DNA from: Escherichia coli
Lineage (GTDB): Bacteria; Pseudomonadota; Gammaproteobacteria; Enterobacterales; Enterobacteriaceae
Strand: one strand, 5' to 3'
NCBI RefSeq assembly: GCF_051903065.1
Contig: NZ_CP178438.1
DNA length: 64,000 nt
Shown here: positions 1 to 10,060 of the stretch, in pieces
Numbering within the stretch: the stretch's first letter is position 1
How the letters are laid out: each line of letters starts with the position of its first letter
The notes under the pieces: generated by a model
Databases searched by the model: none
Told to the model about the DNA's origin: nothing
What the model saw: only the letters and a program-made list of their open reading frames with translations
Translations under genes and position numbers: made by a program

Positions 1-654
1 CAGGCTGATAAATCCGGAACCGAGATTTTCTTTGGTTTTTAACAGGCTGCGTTTCAGGCGCGCGAAGAAACCTTCTTTGGTTGGTTTTTCCTGCTCCTGA
101 GCGATTTCTTCCACCGGCTGCTCTTCTTCTGCCGGAGGAACCACCATCACCGCCTCTTCTGCCGCTTCGGCTGCCAGCGCCTGTGCTTCCAGCTCTTCGT
201 CGGTGATTTCTTCTTTAGCCGCTTCTTCTTCCGCCGCTTCGACAATCTCTACGGTTTCCGCTTCAGCCTGCCACTCTTCTGGCGAAACCTCTTCGCCGTT
301 GACGTCTTCCGGCAACGGCAGTTCTTCACGCTCGATAGCCACTGGCTCCGGCGTTTCTTCTACGACCGGTTCCGGCTGTGCAACGACTTCCGCTTCAGGC
401 TGCGCTTTTTCACTTTCAACAACCTGTTCAGTGACTTCCACAACGTCGGCAGCAAAAGTTTCCGCCTCGGCTTCAGTATGCGCCTGCGGCTGCTCTTCAA
501 CGGCTTGTTCCGAAGCCTTCGCAGGCTCTTGCGCCTGAACGATTTCTTCTACAACCGGTTGTTCATTCTGAACTTCTGTCTCTTTTTCCGGGGTCTGCTC
601 TTTTTGACCAAAGCCCAGCCAGGAAAAAAAGCCACGTTTTTTTTCTTTCGCCAT
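1..654 (-). CDS. ftsY: Signal recognition particle receptor FtsY, N-terminal part only (C-terminus lies beyond window start)
   Basis: Minus-strand translation from ATG at 652-654 gives MAKEKKRGFFSWLGFGQKEQTPEKETEVQNEQ... followed by a long acidic E/A/Q-rich domain; ORF runs off the window edge. Confidence 0.9.
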   Translation of the reverse strand, partial: MAKEKKRGFFSWLGFGQKEQTPEKETEVQNEQPVVEEIVQAQEPAKASEQAVEEQPQAHTEAEAETFAADVVEVTEQVVESEKAQPEAEVVAQPEPVVEETPEPVAIEREELPLPEDVNGEEVSPEEWQAEAETVEIVEAAEEEAAKEEITDEELEAQALAAEAAEEAVMVVPPAEEEQPVEEIAQEQEKPTKEGFFARLKRSLLKTKENLGSGFISL

Positions 655-803
655 TTGCGACTACACTCCTCGCTGTTGCTTCATGGCACAGCGTTAACGC
701 TATGTACATAGCAGCTAAAAAAATGATGAAATAGTCTATCACTTAACTTAATTCACATCACCGCCTGCAAGTATGTGTTATCTGGCGGATTGAGCAATTT
801 ATC

Positions 804-1400
804 ATGAAAAAACCGAATCATTCCGGCAGCGGCCAAATCCGCATTATTGGCGGGCAGTGGCGAGGCCGTAAACTCCCGGTTCCTGATAGCCCAGGTCTGC
901 GCCCCACCACCGACCGCGTACGCGAAACGTTGTTTAACTGGCTGGCTCCGGTCATTGTTGACGCCCAATGTCTGGATTGCTTCGCCGGAAGCGGCGCGCT
1001 GGGGCTGGAAGCGTTATCACGCTACGCTGCGGGGGCCACGTTGATTGAGATGGATCGTGCAGTTTCTCAGCAGTTAATTAAGAATCTGGCGACACTAAAA
1101 GCAGGCAATGCACGCGTAGTGAACAGCAACGCGATGTCATTCCTGGCGCAAAAAGGCACACCGCATAATATCGTGTTTGTCGATCCACCGTTCCGCCGTG
1201 GCTTGTTAGAAGAGACGATAAATTTACTGGAAGATAACGGCTGGCTGGCTGACGAAGCCCTGATTTATGTCGAAAGCGAAGTCGAAAACGGTCTGCCCAC
1301 TGTTCCGGCAAACTGGTCATTGCATCGGGAAAAAGTGGCGGGTCAGGTGGCTTATCGGCTGTATCAACGCGAAGCACAAGGAGAAAGTGATGCTGATTAA
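804..1400 (+). CDS. rsmD: 16S rRNA m2G966 methyltransferase RsmD
   Basis: 198-aa ORF, small SAM-methyltransferase fold with DPPF motif (VFVDPPFRRG); position next to ftsY. Confidence 0.9.
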   Translation: MKKPNHSGSGQIRIIGGQWRGRKLPVPDSPGLRPTTDRVRETLFNWLAPVIVDAQCLDCFAGSGALGLEALSRYAAGATLIEMDRAVSQQLIKNLATLKAGNARVVNSNAMSFLAQKGTPHNIVFVDPPFRRGLLEETINLLEDNGWLADEALIYVESEVENGLPTVPANWSLHREKVAGQVAYRLYQREAQGESDAD

Positions 1401-1659
1401 TATTGGACGTTTGTTAATGCTCTGCGTTTGGGGATTTTTAATCCTCAACCTGGTGCATCCCTTCCCGCGCCCGCTGAATATTTTCGTTAACGTGGCGCTG
1501 ATTTTTACCGTGCTGATGCATGGTATGCAGCTGGCGCTGTTGAAATCGACCTTGCCGAAAGATGGCCCGCAGATGACCACCGCCGAAAAGGTGCGGATTT
1601 TCCTTTTCGGCGTGTTTGAACTGCTGGTCTGGCAGAAGAAATTTAAAGTTAAAAAATAA
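1390..1659 (+). CDS. yhhL: Small inner-membrane protein YhhL (DUF1145)
   Basis: ATG at 1390 inside longer ORF 1267-1659; hydrophobic 89-aa product MLINIGRLLMLCVWGF...; overlaps rsmD stop by 11 nt. Confidence 0.75.
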   Translation: MLINIGRLLMLCVWGFLILNLVHPFPRPLNIFVNVALIFTVLMHGMQLALLKSTLPKDGPQMTTAEKVRIFLFGVFELLVWQKKFKVKK

Positions 1660-1661
1660 CC

Positions 1662-2021
1662 TTATTGTTCGCCAACAAAGCTGACAAAGCGCGTTCCTTT
1701 ATAGCTCAGCGTACCTTTATCGCCCACTGTCAGGGCGTGGTACTGCTGGGCGTCGAGGCGAAACGTCTGCTCCATTCCTCCGCTTTGCGGTTTGAAGCTT
1801 GCCTCATAGCGCATACTGGTGCCTGCCGGAGTCACTTCCTGCTGGCGCGAACGGCGATCGTTAATCGGTTTTTCCCGCTTGTTGCTCACCACCACCAGCT
1901 TTTGCTGGAGCGGTGCCATATCATTATCAGCTTTTTCCCGTCGCTGTTGCATAAAACGAAACGATGCGGCGACGATGATTAAGCCAATGATAACAATAAA
2001 GAAAAGAGGTGGTTTGCTCAT
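1662..2021 (-). CDS. yhhM: YhhM (DUF2500) membrane-anchored protein
   Basis: 119-aa ORF with N-terminal TM helix; stop lies 2 nt from yhhL stop (convergent). Confidence 0.8.
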   Translation of the reverse strand: MSKPPLFFIVIIGLIIVAASFRFMQQRREKADNDMAPLQQKLVVVSNKREKPINDRRSRQQEVTPAGTSMRYEASFKPQSGGMEQTFRLDAQQYHALTVGDKGTLSYKGTRFVSFVGEQ

Positions 2022-2161
2022 CTTTATCCCTCATCGGAAAATGCGGAATTAAGCATACCCTGCCAGTTATGGTGTTGTCATCCGTCCACCCTCGCCACTA
2101 AACTGGAAGCAAGACCGTAGGCATTCCGCCTACGAAAAAATAACGAATTCAAGGAACTAAG

Positions 2162-2788
2162 ATGCTTTGGTCGTTTATCGCTGTCTGTCTTTCCGCATGG
2201 CTATCTGTGGATGCATCGTATCGTGGGCCAACCTGGCAACGCTGGGTGTTTAAACCGTTAACCCTTCTTCTCCTGTTGTTACTGGCCTGGCAAGCGCCGA
2301 TGTTCGACGCCATTAGCTATCTGGTGCTGGCGGGGCTGTGCGCCTCACTGCTGGGCGATGCGCTAACCCTGTTGCCACGTCAACGTCTGATGTACGCCAT
2401 CGGCGCGTTTTTCCTCTCGCACCTGCTGTACACCATCTATTTCGCCAGTCAGATGACGCTCTCTTTCTTCTGGCCTCTGCCGTTGGTACTGCTGGTTCTG
2501 GGCGCGCTGTTACTGGCGATTATCTGGACGCGGCTGGAAGAGTATCGTTGGCCTATCTGCACGTTTATCGGCATGACGCTGGTGATGGTGTGGCTGGCAG
2601 GTGAACTGTGGTTCTTCCGTCCGACCGCTCCGGCACTCTCTGCGTTTATCGGCGCTTCGTTGCTGTTTATCAGTAACTTTGTCTGGCTGGGTAGCCACTA
2701 TCGCCGACGCTTCCGTGCGGATAACGCCATTGCCGCAGCGTGTTATTTTGCCGGTCACTTCCTCATCGTCCGCTCGCTGTATCTCTGA
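2162..2788 (+). CDS. yhhN: YhhN-family integral membrane protein
   Basis: 208-aa polytopic membrane ORF, synteny upstream of zntA. Confidence 0.85.
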   Translation: MLWSFIAVCLSAWLSVDASYRGPTWQRWVFKPLTLLLLLLLAWQAPMFDAISYLVLAGLCASLLGDALTLLPRQRLMYAIGAFFLSHLLYTIYFASQMTLSFFWPLPLVLLVLGALLLAIIWTRLEEYRWPICTFIGMTLVMVWLAGELWFFRPTAPALSAFIGASLLFISNFVWLGSHYRRRFRADNAIAAACYFAGHFLIVRSLYL

Positions 2789-2794
2789 TAAAAC

Positions 2795-2826
2795 TTGACT
2801 CTGGAGTCGACTCCAGAGTGTATCCT
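2795..2826 (+). promoter_or_regulatory. MerR-type (ZntR) promoter/operator of zntA
   Basis: -35 TTGACT (2795-2800), perfect 22-bp palindrome ACTCTGGAGTCGACTCCAGAGT (2798-2819), -10-like TATCCT (2821-2826); the 20-bp spacer is characteristic of MerR-family promoters. Confidence 0.7.
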
Positions 2827-2861
2827 TCGGTTAATGAGAAAAAACTTAACCGGAGGATGCC

Positions 2862-5060
2862 ATGTCGACTCCTGACAATCACGGCAAGAAAGCCCCTCAA
2901 TTTGCTGCGTTCAAACCGCTAACCACGGTACAGAACGCCAACGACTGTTGCTGCGACGGCGCATGCTCCAGCACGCCACCTCTTTCTGAAAACGTCTCCG
3001 GCACCCGCTATAGCTGGAAAGTCAGCGGCATGGACTGCGCCGCCTGTGCGCGCAAGGTAGAAAACGCCGTGCGCCAGCTTGCAGGCGTGAATCAGGTGCA
3101 GGTGTTGTTCGCCACCGAAAAACTGGTGGTGGATGCCGACAATGACATCCGTGCCCAGGTTGAATCTGCGGTGCAAAAAGCGGGCTATTCCCTGCGCGAT
3201 GAACAGGCCGCCGAAGAACAACAAGAATCGCGCCTGAAAGAGAATCTGCCGCTGATTACGCTAATCGTGATGATGGCAATCAGCTGGGGTCTGGAGCAGT
3301 TCAATCATCCGTTCGGGCAACTGGCGTTTATCGCGACCACGCTGGTTGGGCTGTACCCGATTGCTCGTCAGGCATTACGGCTGATCAAATCCGGCAGCTA
3401 CTTCGCCATTGAAACCTTAATGAGCGTAGCTGCTATTGGTGCGCTGTTTATTGGCGCAACGGCTGAAGCTGCGATGGTGTTGCTGCTGTTTTTGATTGGT
3501 GAACGACTGGAAGGCTGGGCCGCCAGCCGCGCGCGTCAGGGCGTTAGCGCGTTGATGGCGCTGAAACCAGAAACCGCCACGCGCCTGCGTAACGGTGAGC
3601 GGGAAGAGGTGGCGATTAACAGCCTGCGCCCTGGCGATGTGATTGAAGTTGCGGCGGGCGGGCGTTTGCCTGCCGACGGTAAACTGCTCTCGCCCTTTGC
3701 CAGTTTTGATGAAAGCGCCCTGACCGGCGAATCCATTCCGGTGGAGCGCGCAACGGGCGATAAAGTCCCTGCTGGAGCCACCAGCGTAGACCGTCTGGTA
3801 ACGCTGGAAGTGCTGTCAGAACCGGGTGCCAGCGCCATTGACCGGATTCTGAAACTGATCGAAGAAGCCGAAGAGCGTCGCGCCCCCATTGAGCGGTTTA
3901 TCGACCGTTTCAGCCGTATTTATACGCCAGCAATTATGGCCGTCGCCCTGCTGGTAACGCTGGTACCGCCGCTGCTGTTTGCCGCCAGCTGGCAAGAGTG
4001 GATTTATAAAGGGCTGACGCTGCTGCTGATTGGCTGCCCATGTGCGTTAGTTATCTCCACGCCCGCGGCGATTACCTCCGGGCTGGCAGCAGCGGCACGT
4101 CGTGGGGCGTTAATTAAAGGCGGTGCGGCGCTGGAGCAGCTAGGTCGTGTTACCCAGGTGGCGTTTGATAAAACCGGTACGCTGACCGTCGGTAAACCGC
4201 GCGTTACCGCGATTCATCCGGCAACGGGTATTAGTGAATCTGAACTGCTGACACTGGCGGCGGCGGTCGAGCAAGGCGCGACGCATCCACTGGCGCAGGC
4301 CATCGTGCGCGAAGCACAGGTTGCTGCACTCGCCATTCCCGCCGCCGAATCACAGCGGGCGCTGGTCGGGTCTGGCATTGAAGCGCAGGTTAACGGTGAG
4401 CGCGTATTGATTTGCGCTGCCGGGAAACATCCCGCTGATGCATTTGCTGGTTTAATTAACGAACTGGAAAGCGCCGGGCAAACGGTAGTGCTGGTAGTAC
4501 GTAACGATGACGTGCTTGGTGTCATTGCGTTACAGGATACCCTGCGCGCCGATGCTGCAACTGCCATCAGTGAACTGAACGCGCTGGGCGTCAAAGGGGT
4601 GATCCTCACCGGCGATAATCCACGCGCAGCGGCGGCAATTGCCGGGGAGCTGGGGCTGGAGTTTAAAGCGGGCCTGTTGCCGGAAGATAAAGTCAAAGCG
4701 GTGACCGAGCTGAATCAACATGCGCCGCTGGCGATGGTCGGTGACGGTATTAACGACGCGCCAGCGATGAAAGCTGCCGCCATCGGGATTGCAATGGGCA
4801 GCGGCACAGACGTGGCGCTGGAAACCGCCGACGCAGCATTAACCCATAACCACCTGCGCGGTCTGGTGCAAATGATTGAACTGGCACGCGCCACTCACGC
4901 CAATATCCGCCAGAACATCACTATTGCGCTGGGGCTGAAAGGGATCTTCCTCGTCACCACGCTGTTAGGAATGACCGGACTATGGCTGGCGGTGCTGGCA
5001 GATACGGGTGCGACGGTGCTGGTAACGGCGAATGCGTTAAGGTTGTTGCGCAGGAAATAA
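2862..5060 (+). CDS. zntA: Zn/Cd/Pb-exporting P1B-type ATPase ZntA
   Basis: 732 aa; N-terminal metal-binding GMDCAAC, CPC transmembrane motif (IGCPCALV), DKTGTLT phosphorylation motif, GDGINDAP. Confidence 0.95.
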   Translation: MSTPDNHGKKAPQFAAFKPLTTVQNANDCCCDGACSSTPPLSENVSGTRYSWKVSGMDCAACARKVENAVRQLAGVNQVQVLFATEKLVVDADNDIRAQVESAVQKAGYSLRDEQAAEEQQESRLKENLPLITLIVMMAISWGLEQFNHPFGQLAFIATTLVGLYPIARQALRLIKSGSYFAIETLMSVAAIGALFIGATAEAAMVLLLFLIGERLEGWAASRARQGVSALMALKPETATRLRNGEREEVAINSLRPGDVIEVAAGGRLPADGKLLSPFASFDESALTGESIPVERATGDKVPAGATSVDRLVTLEVLSEPGASAIDRILKLIEEAEERRAPIERFIDRFSRIYTPAIMAVALLVTLVPPLLFAASWQEWIYKGLTLLLIGCPCALVISTPAAITSGLAAAARRGALIKGGAALEQLGRVTQVAFDKTGTLTVGKPRVTAIHPATGISESELLTLAAAVEQGATHPLAQAIVREAQVAALAIPAAESQRALVGSGIEAQVNGERVLICAAGKHPADAFAGLINELESAGQTVVLVVRNDDVLGVIALQDTLRADAATAISELNALGVKGVILTGDNPRAAAAIAGELGLEFKAGLLPEDKVKAVTELNQHAPLAMVGDGINDAPAMKAAAIGIAMGSGTDVALETADAALTHNHLRGLVQMIELARATHANIRQNITIALGLKGIFLVTTLLGMTGLWLAVLADTGATVLVTANALRLLRRK

Positions 5061-5092
5061 AGGTGTTGCCTGATAGCCTCTGGCTATCAGGG

Positions 5093-5401
5093 TTAGTGCT
5101 GGGCCGGGAACGGTGGCATGGTCAGGAAAGTGTAATATAGCGCTAACATCAGAATGACGGAGATAACACAACATGTAGCAACCAGGCGGGACGTGAATGA
5201 TGGCCTTTTGAACATCAACCACAGGGCATAAGCAAGCCCGACGCCGTTAAGTAAAGGTAAAAAAATCATTAGCCAGAGCCAACCACAGGCAAGTACCCCC
5301 AGCCATCCCCCCACGGCGATTAAAACAGGCATCAGCCAATTGGGGGCGAACATCGCGAACAATCCCAGCAATCCCAGGCAAACAGGAATTAAATAATCCA
5401 T
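5093..5401 (-). CDS. Hypothetical small Trp-rich membrane protein (uncertain)
   Basis: 102-aa ORF with 3 predicted TM segments and E. coli-like codon usage in the zntA/tusA convergent spacer; weak Shine-Dalgarno; identity not recognised. Confidence 0.3.
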   Translation of the reverse strand: MDYLIPVCLGLLGLFAMFAPNWLMPVLIAVGGWLGVLACGWLWLMIFLPLLNGVGLAYALWLMFKRPSFTSRLVATCCVISVILMLALYYTFLTMPPFPAQH

Positions 5402-5425
5402 TTGTGTATTCCATTACACTTGCTT

Positions 5426-5530
5426 GCCGGATGCGGCGTGAACGCCTTATCCGTCCTACGTACCGGTTTCAAGCAGCAACATTGAGTGCGATCGGTCCCC
5501 TCGCCCCTCAGGGGAGAGGGTTAGGGTAAC
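5426..5530. repeat. REP/BIME-like extragenic palindromic repeats
   Basis: GCCGGATGCGGCGTGAACGCCTTATCCGTCCTACG matches the REP consensus; followed by a second palindromic unit CCCCTCAGGGGAGAGGG. Confidence 0.6.
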
Positions 5531-5545
5531 AGTCCGTGATCCACC

Positions 5546-5791
5546 TTAACCACCTTTACGAATCAAATAACGATAAGGCAGTCCATCCGTCTCTTTGGCA
5601 ACCAGTTCGTGTTCCATAAAGGTACAAAACCCAGGGATATCGCGGGTCGTCGCCGGATCGTCAGCAATAATCAGCAACGTTTCACCTGGCTGCATATTGC
5701 GCACTGTTTTGCGCACCATCATTACGGGTTCCGGGCAGCGCAGGCCAAGTGCGTCGAGTGTGTGGTCAGGGCTGGAAAAGAGATCGGTCAT
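5546..5791 (-). CDS. tusA: Sulfur carrier protein TusA
   Basis: 81 aa with CPxP motif (LRCPEPV), TusA/SirA fold signature. Confidence 0.9.
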
Positions 5792-6011
5792 TTTCTTCTC
5801 ATCACATAAAAAAACGGCGCTAGTTTACGCCCTGTGAGTCCGTAAGCAAACCAGGTTAACGATTGCGTGAAAATTAACCATTGCATTGTCAACGTAAAGC
5901 AGTATCATGCGGCGGCTCGAAAAAAGGGTAAGCACGTTATTATGTTAAGGTAACAGACGTGTCGTACGTATTGGGTTCCCTCACCCCAATGGTTAATCAA
6001 AAAGGTACAAT

Positions 6012-6677
6012 ATGAACGTTTTCTCGCAAACTCAACGCTATAAGGCGTTGTTCTGGTTATCGTTATTTCATCTGCTGGTGATCACCTCCAGTAACTATCT
6101 GGTTCAGCTTCCCGTCTCCATTTTTGGTTTCCATACCACCTGGGGCGCGTTTAGCTTTCCGTTTATCTTTCTCGCTACCGACCTGACCGTACGTATTTTT
6201 GGCGCACCGCTGGCCCGTCGTATCATCTTTGCGGTGATGATCCCGGCATTGCTGATCTCCTACGTCATCTCGTCGCTATTCTATATGGGTTCCTGGCAGG
6301 GATTCGGCGCACTCGCCCACTTCAACCTGTTTGTCGCCCGTATCGCCACCGCCAGTTTCATGGCCTACGCGCTGGGACAGATCCTCGACGTGCACGTTTT
6401 TAACCGCCTGCGTCAGAGTCGCCGCTGGTGGCTGGCACCGACAGCGTCCACACTGTTCGGTAACGTCAGCGACACGCTGGCCTTTTTCTTCATTGCCTTC
6501 TGGCGTAGCCCGGATGCCTTTATGGCTGAACACTGGATGGAAATCGCGCTGGTCGATTACTGTTTCAAAGTGTTAATCAGTATCGTTTTCTTCCTGCCAA
6601 TGTATGGCGTATTACTCAATATGCTGTTGAAAAGACTGGCAGATAAATCCGAAATCAACGCTTTGCAGGCGAGTTAA
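6012..6677 (+). CDS. yhhQ: Queuosine precursor transporter YhhQ
   Basis: 221-aa polytopic membrane protein, synteny. Confidence 0.9.
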   Translation: MNVFSQTQRYKALFWLSLFHLLVITSSNYLVQLPVSIFGFHTTWGAFSFPFIFLATDLTVRIFGAPLARRIIFAVMIPALLISYVISSLFYMGSWQGFGALAHFNLFVARIATASFMAYALGQILDVHVFNRLRQSRRWWLAPTASTLFGNVSDTLAFFFIAFWRSPDAFMAEHWMEIALVDYCFKVLISIVFFLPMYGVLLNMLLKRLADKSEINALQAS

Positions 6678-6749
6678 AGGTTCGTTATCAGAGTTGTGAT
6701 AAGATGGATGAATGAGCCGTTATGGCCGTTTATCGAAAGGAAGAAGTCA

Positions 6750-7307
6750 ATGCGCAATCTGGTTAAATATGTCGGAATTGGCCTGCTGGTTATGGGGCTT
6801 GCGGCCTGTGATGATAAAGACACTAACGCTACGGCGCAGGGTTCGGTCGCGGAAAGTAACGCTACCGGGAATCCCGTCAACCTGCTTGATGGCAAGTTAA
6901 GTTTCTCGCTGCCAGCGGATATGACCGACCAGAGCGGTAAGCTGGGAACGCAGGCCAATAACATGCATGTCTGGTCCGACGCCACCGGGCAGAAAGCAGT
7001 CATCGTCATCATGGGCGATGATCCGAAAGAAGATCTGGCGGTGCTGGCGAAGCGCCTGGAAGATCAGCAACGTAGCCGCGATCCGCAGCTGCAAGTAGTG
7101 ACCAACAAAGCCATTGAGCTGAAAGGTCACAAAATGCAGCAGTTAGACAGTATTATCTCCGCGAAAGGCCAGACGGCGTACTCTTCCGTTATTCTGGGTA
7201 ACGTGGGTAATCAACTGCTGACCATGCAAATTACTCTGCCAGCTGACGATCAGCAAAAAGCGCAGACCACCGCAGAAAACATCATTAATACGCTGGTTAT
7301 TCAGTAA
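6750..7307 (+). CDS. dcrB: Periplasmic lipoprotein DcrB
   Basis: Internal ATG at 6750 with AAGGAAG Shine-Dalgarno; lipobox LAAC; 185 aa. Confidence 0.85.
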
Positions 7308-7310
7308 GTT

Positions 7311-8528
7311 TTAAGATGATGAGGCGGCCTCAGGGACGTGTTCCGGAGGCCGTTTTTTTAATCGCCACGTCAGTAATAACGCGATTGCGACCAGTCCCGC
7401 CGCCGCCAGATAAATCACCGGGACGCCCGCCCAACTCATCACCAGCCCAGCCAGTGGTCCGGTCACGCCAAGCGATAAATCCATAAATACGGTGTAAGTT
7501 GCCAGCGCCGCCCCCTGATTTTGCTGCGGAACCGCTTTTACCGCCACTACACCCAATGCCGGGAATACCAGCGAAAACCCTGCCCCCGCCAGTAAGACGC
7601 CGATTTTCGCCATCCACGGCATAGTCGCCACGCCAACCAGCAGCAGGCCGATAATCTCAACGCTAAAGCAAATCATCGCTACGTTTAAGCCGCCGATACG
7701 GTTAATGCCGTTAGGGAATAACAAACGCGTACCGACAAACGCACAGCTAAACAGCGTCAGCGCGAAAGCCGCACCGTCCCAACCTTTAGCGTCATAAAAC
7801 AGCGTGATAAAGGTGGCGATGACGCCAAATCCGGCGGAAGCCAGTGCCAGCGCCATACCGTACAGCCAGACGCGCCCAAGCACCGCGCGAAACGGCAGCG
7901 GTTTGCCTTTACTGGCTTTTACCGTCGGACGCGGGAGCGCCAACAAAATGGCCACCAGCGCCACGCCCATAATGATTAACGCTAACGCCTGCAAGCCGCC
8001 CCAGTGATAAAACACGACGCCTAACGGCGCACCCATCGCCATCGCCCCATAAGTGACAATGCCGTTCCACGAAATCACCCGCCCGATATGCAGCGAGCCA
8101 ACCACGCCAACGCCCCACAGGGTCGATCCCGTTCCGGCAAAACTTTGCCCAATCCCAAGGATCACGCGTCCCAGGCAAAGTAATAACAGGCTGATGACGG
8201 GCAGACTGGCGGTTAATCCTGCCGTCAGATATCCCAGACCGCTCAAAAAGCAGCCGCATAAACCGAAGACGACAATCTTTTTGGGGCCCAGCAAATCGGC
8301 GTAACGTCCGGCATGAGGACGGCTCAGCAAGGTGGCAAAATATTGCAGGCTGATAACCAATCCTGCCCAGAAAGCGCTAAAGCCCATCACATCATGGACA
8401 TAGCCCGGTAATACAGCGAGCGGCAACCCGATGGTGAGGTAGCTGGCGAAGTTAAACATGACAATGGAGACAATGCGCAAATTCAGGCGCAATCCGTTTA
8501 GCGCGGGTTCGGCTACGGGTTCGGGCAT
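7311..8528 (-). CDS. yhhS: MFS transporter YhhS
   Basis: 12-TM MFS-like ORF; start taken at MPEPVAEPAL (8526-8528) rather than the longer ORF-track start. Confidence 0.85.
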   Translation of the reverse strand: MPEPVAEPALNGLRLNLRIVSIVMFNFASYLTIGLPLAVLPGYVHDVMGFSAFWAGLVISLQYFATLLSRPHAGRYADLLGPKKIVVFGLCGCFLSGLGYLTAGLTASLPVISLLLLCLGRVILGIGQSFAGTGSTLWGVGVVGSLHIGRVISWNGIVTYGAMAMGAPLGVVFYHWGGLQALALIIMGVALVAILLALPRPTVKASKGKPLPFRAVLGRVWLYGMALALASAGFGVIATFITLFYDAKGWDGAAFALTLFSCAFVGTRLLFPNGINRIGGLNVAMICFSVEIIGLLLVGVATMPWMAKIGVLLAGAGFSLVFPALGVVAVKAVPQQNQGAALATYTVFMDLSLGVTGPLAGLVMSWAGVPVIYLAAAGLVAIALLLTWRLKKRPPEHVPEAASSS

Positions 8529-8659
8529 GAGGATCACCACATTTTTACAACAGTGTTTCATTTTTACCACGTGCTGACGTGAAAATCAGCAGTAAGAATC
8601 AGAATATTGCTGGCGTGACTCCCGCTACACTTAATACAAAAAGTCACAAGGAAGCCCCA

Positions 8660-9709
8660 ATGGAAACCCCTCAACCCGATAAAACGGGCATGCACATTCT
8701 GCTCAAGCTGGCCTCGCTGGTAGTGATCCTCGCGGGCATTCACGCAGCGGCAGATATCATTGTGCAGCTGTTACTGGCGCTGTTTTTTGCCATCGTCCTC
8801 AACCCGCTCGTCACCTGGTTTATTCGTCGGGGAGTACAACGCCCCGTTGCCATTACGATTGTAGTGGTGGTGATGCTGATCGCACTAACCGCGCTGGTCG
8901 GCGTACTGGCGGCATCGTTTAACGAATTTATCTCTATGCTGCCGAAGTTTAATAAGGAGCTGACGCGCAAACTTTTTAAATTGCAGGAGATGTTGCCTTT
9001 TCTTAATTTGCATATGTCGCCGGAGCGAATGCTGCAGCGGATGGACTCGGAAAAAGTGGTTACCTTCACCACAGCGCTAATGACCGGGCTTTCCGGGGCA
9101 ATGGCGAGCGTGCTTTTGCTGGTGATGACCGTAGTTTTTATGCTGTTTGAAGTGCGCCACGTCCCTTACAAAATGCGTTTTGCATTGAATAATCCACAGA
9201 TTCATATCGCCGGACTACACCGCGCACTTAAAGGCGTTTCGCATTATCTGGCGTTAAAGACGCTACTCAGTTTATGGACAGGTGTCATCGTCTGGCTGGG
9301 GCTGGAGCTGATGGGGGTGCAGTTTGCGCTGATGTGGGCAGTACTGGCGTTTTTGCTCAACTACGTGCCCAATATCGGCGCGGTAATTTCCGCCGTACCG
9401 CCAATGATTCAGGTGCTGCTGTTTAATGGTGTTTACGAATGTATTCTGGTCGGCGCATTGTTTTTAGTGGTCCATATGGTCATCGGCAATATTTTAGAAC
9501 CACGGATGATGGGCCATCGCCTGGGGATGTCCACCATGGTGGTATTTCTTTCATTGTTAATTTGGGGATGGCTGCTCGGCCCGGTAGGGATGCTACTTTC
9601 GGTGCCATTAACCAGCGTGTGTAAAATCTGGATGGAAACGACGAAAGGCGGCAGCAAACTGGCGATTTTACTGGGGCCGGGCAGACCGAAAAGTCGGTTA
9701 CCGGGTTAA
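8660..9709 (+). CDS. yhhT: AI-2E family (PerM-like) transporter YhhT
   Basis: Start at METPQPDKTG (8660); polytopic membrane protein. Confidence 0.85.
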   Translation: METPQPDKTGMHILLKLASLVVILAGIHAAADIIVQLLLALFFAIVLNPLVTWFIRRGVQRPVAITIVVVVMLIALTALVGVLAASFNEFISMLPKFNKELTRKLFKLQEMLPFLNLHMSPERMLQRMDSEKVVTFTTALMTGLSGAMASVLLLVMTVVFMLFEVRHVPYKMRFALNNPQIHIAGLHRALKGVSHYLALKTLLSLWTGVIVWLGLELMGVQFALMWAVLAFLLNYVPNIGAVISAVPPMIQVLLFNGVYECILVGALFLVVHMVIGNILEPRMMGHRLGMSTMVVFLSLLIWGWLLGPVGMLLSVPLTSVCKIWMETTKGGSKLAILLGPGRPKSRLPG

Positions 9710-9720
9710 TAGCACCTCCT

Positions 9721-9729
9721 GAGCAGGCA
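9721..9729. repeat. Left copy of 9-bp target-site duplication (GAGCAGGCA) flanking IS1
   Basis: Identical 9-mer immediately precedes the IS1 left end and follows its right end (10498-10506). Confidence 0.85.
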
Positions 9730-9784
9730 GGTGATGCTGCCAACTTACTGATTTAGTGTATGATGGTGTTTTTGAGGTGCTCCA

Positions 9785-10060
9785 GTGGCTTCTGTTTCTA
9801 TCAGCTGTCCCTCCTGTTCAGCTACTGACGGGGTGGTGCGTAACGGCAAAAGCACCGCCGGACATCAGCGCTATCTCTGCTCTCACTGCCGTAAAACATG
9901 GCAACTGCAGTTCACTTACACCGCTTCTCAACCCGGTACGCACCAGAAAATCATTGATATGGCCATGAATGGCGTTGGATGCCGGGCAACAGCCCGCATT
10001 ATGGGCGTTGGCCTCAACACGATTTTACGTCACTTAAAAAACTCAGGCCGCAGTCGGTAA
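9785..10060 (+). CDS. insA: IS1 InsA
   Basis: 91 aa [39 protein letters not shown]... zinc-finger/HTH; GTG start. Confidence 0.9.

Noticed and set aside
203-711. Plus-strand ORFs 203-538 and 478-711 with Ser/Ala-rich low-complexity products
   Set aside because: They are opposite-strand artefacts of the repetitive acidic N-terminal domain of ftsY, which is encoded on the minus strand
7320-7362. Hairpin plus T-run (GGCGGCCTC...GGAGGCCGTTTTTTT) just after dcrB as a terminator
   Set aside because: It lies inside the 3' coding end of the convergent yhhS ORF as drawn by the ORF track; it may still act as a dcrB terminator, but I could not resolve the conflict without an alignment
7311-9709. Longer N-terminal extensions in the ORF track for yhhS (to 8570), yhhT (from 8579), dcrB (from 6696), arsB (from 55556), rlmJ (from 52206), prlC (to 52093), rsmJ (to 50109), yhhJ (to 33949)
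   Set aside because: Internal starts give the recognisable N-termini, have better ribosome-binding sites or stop/start coupling; the upstream extensions overlap neighbouring genes or promoters
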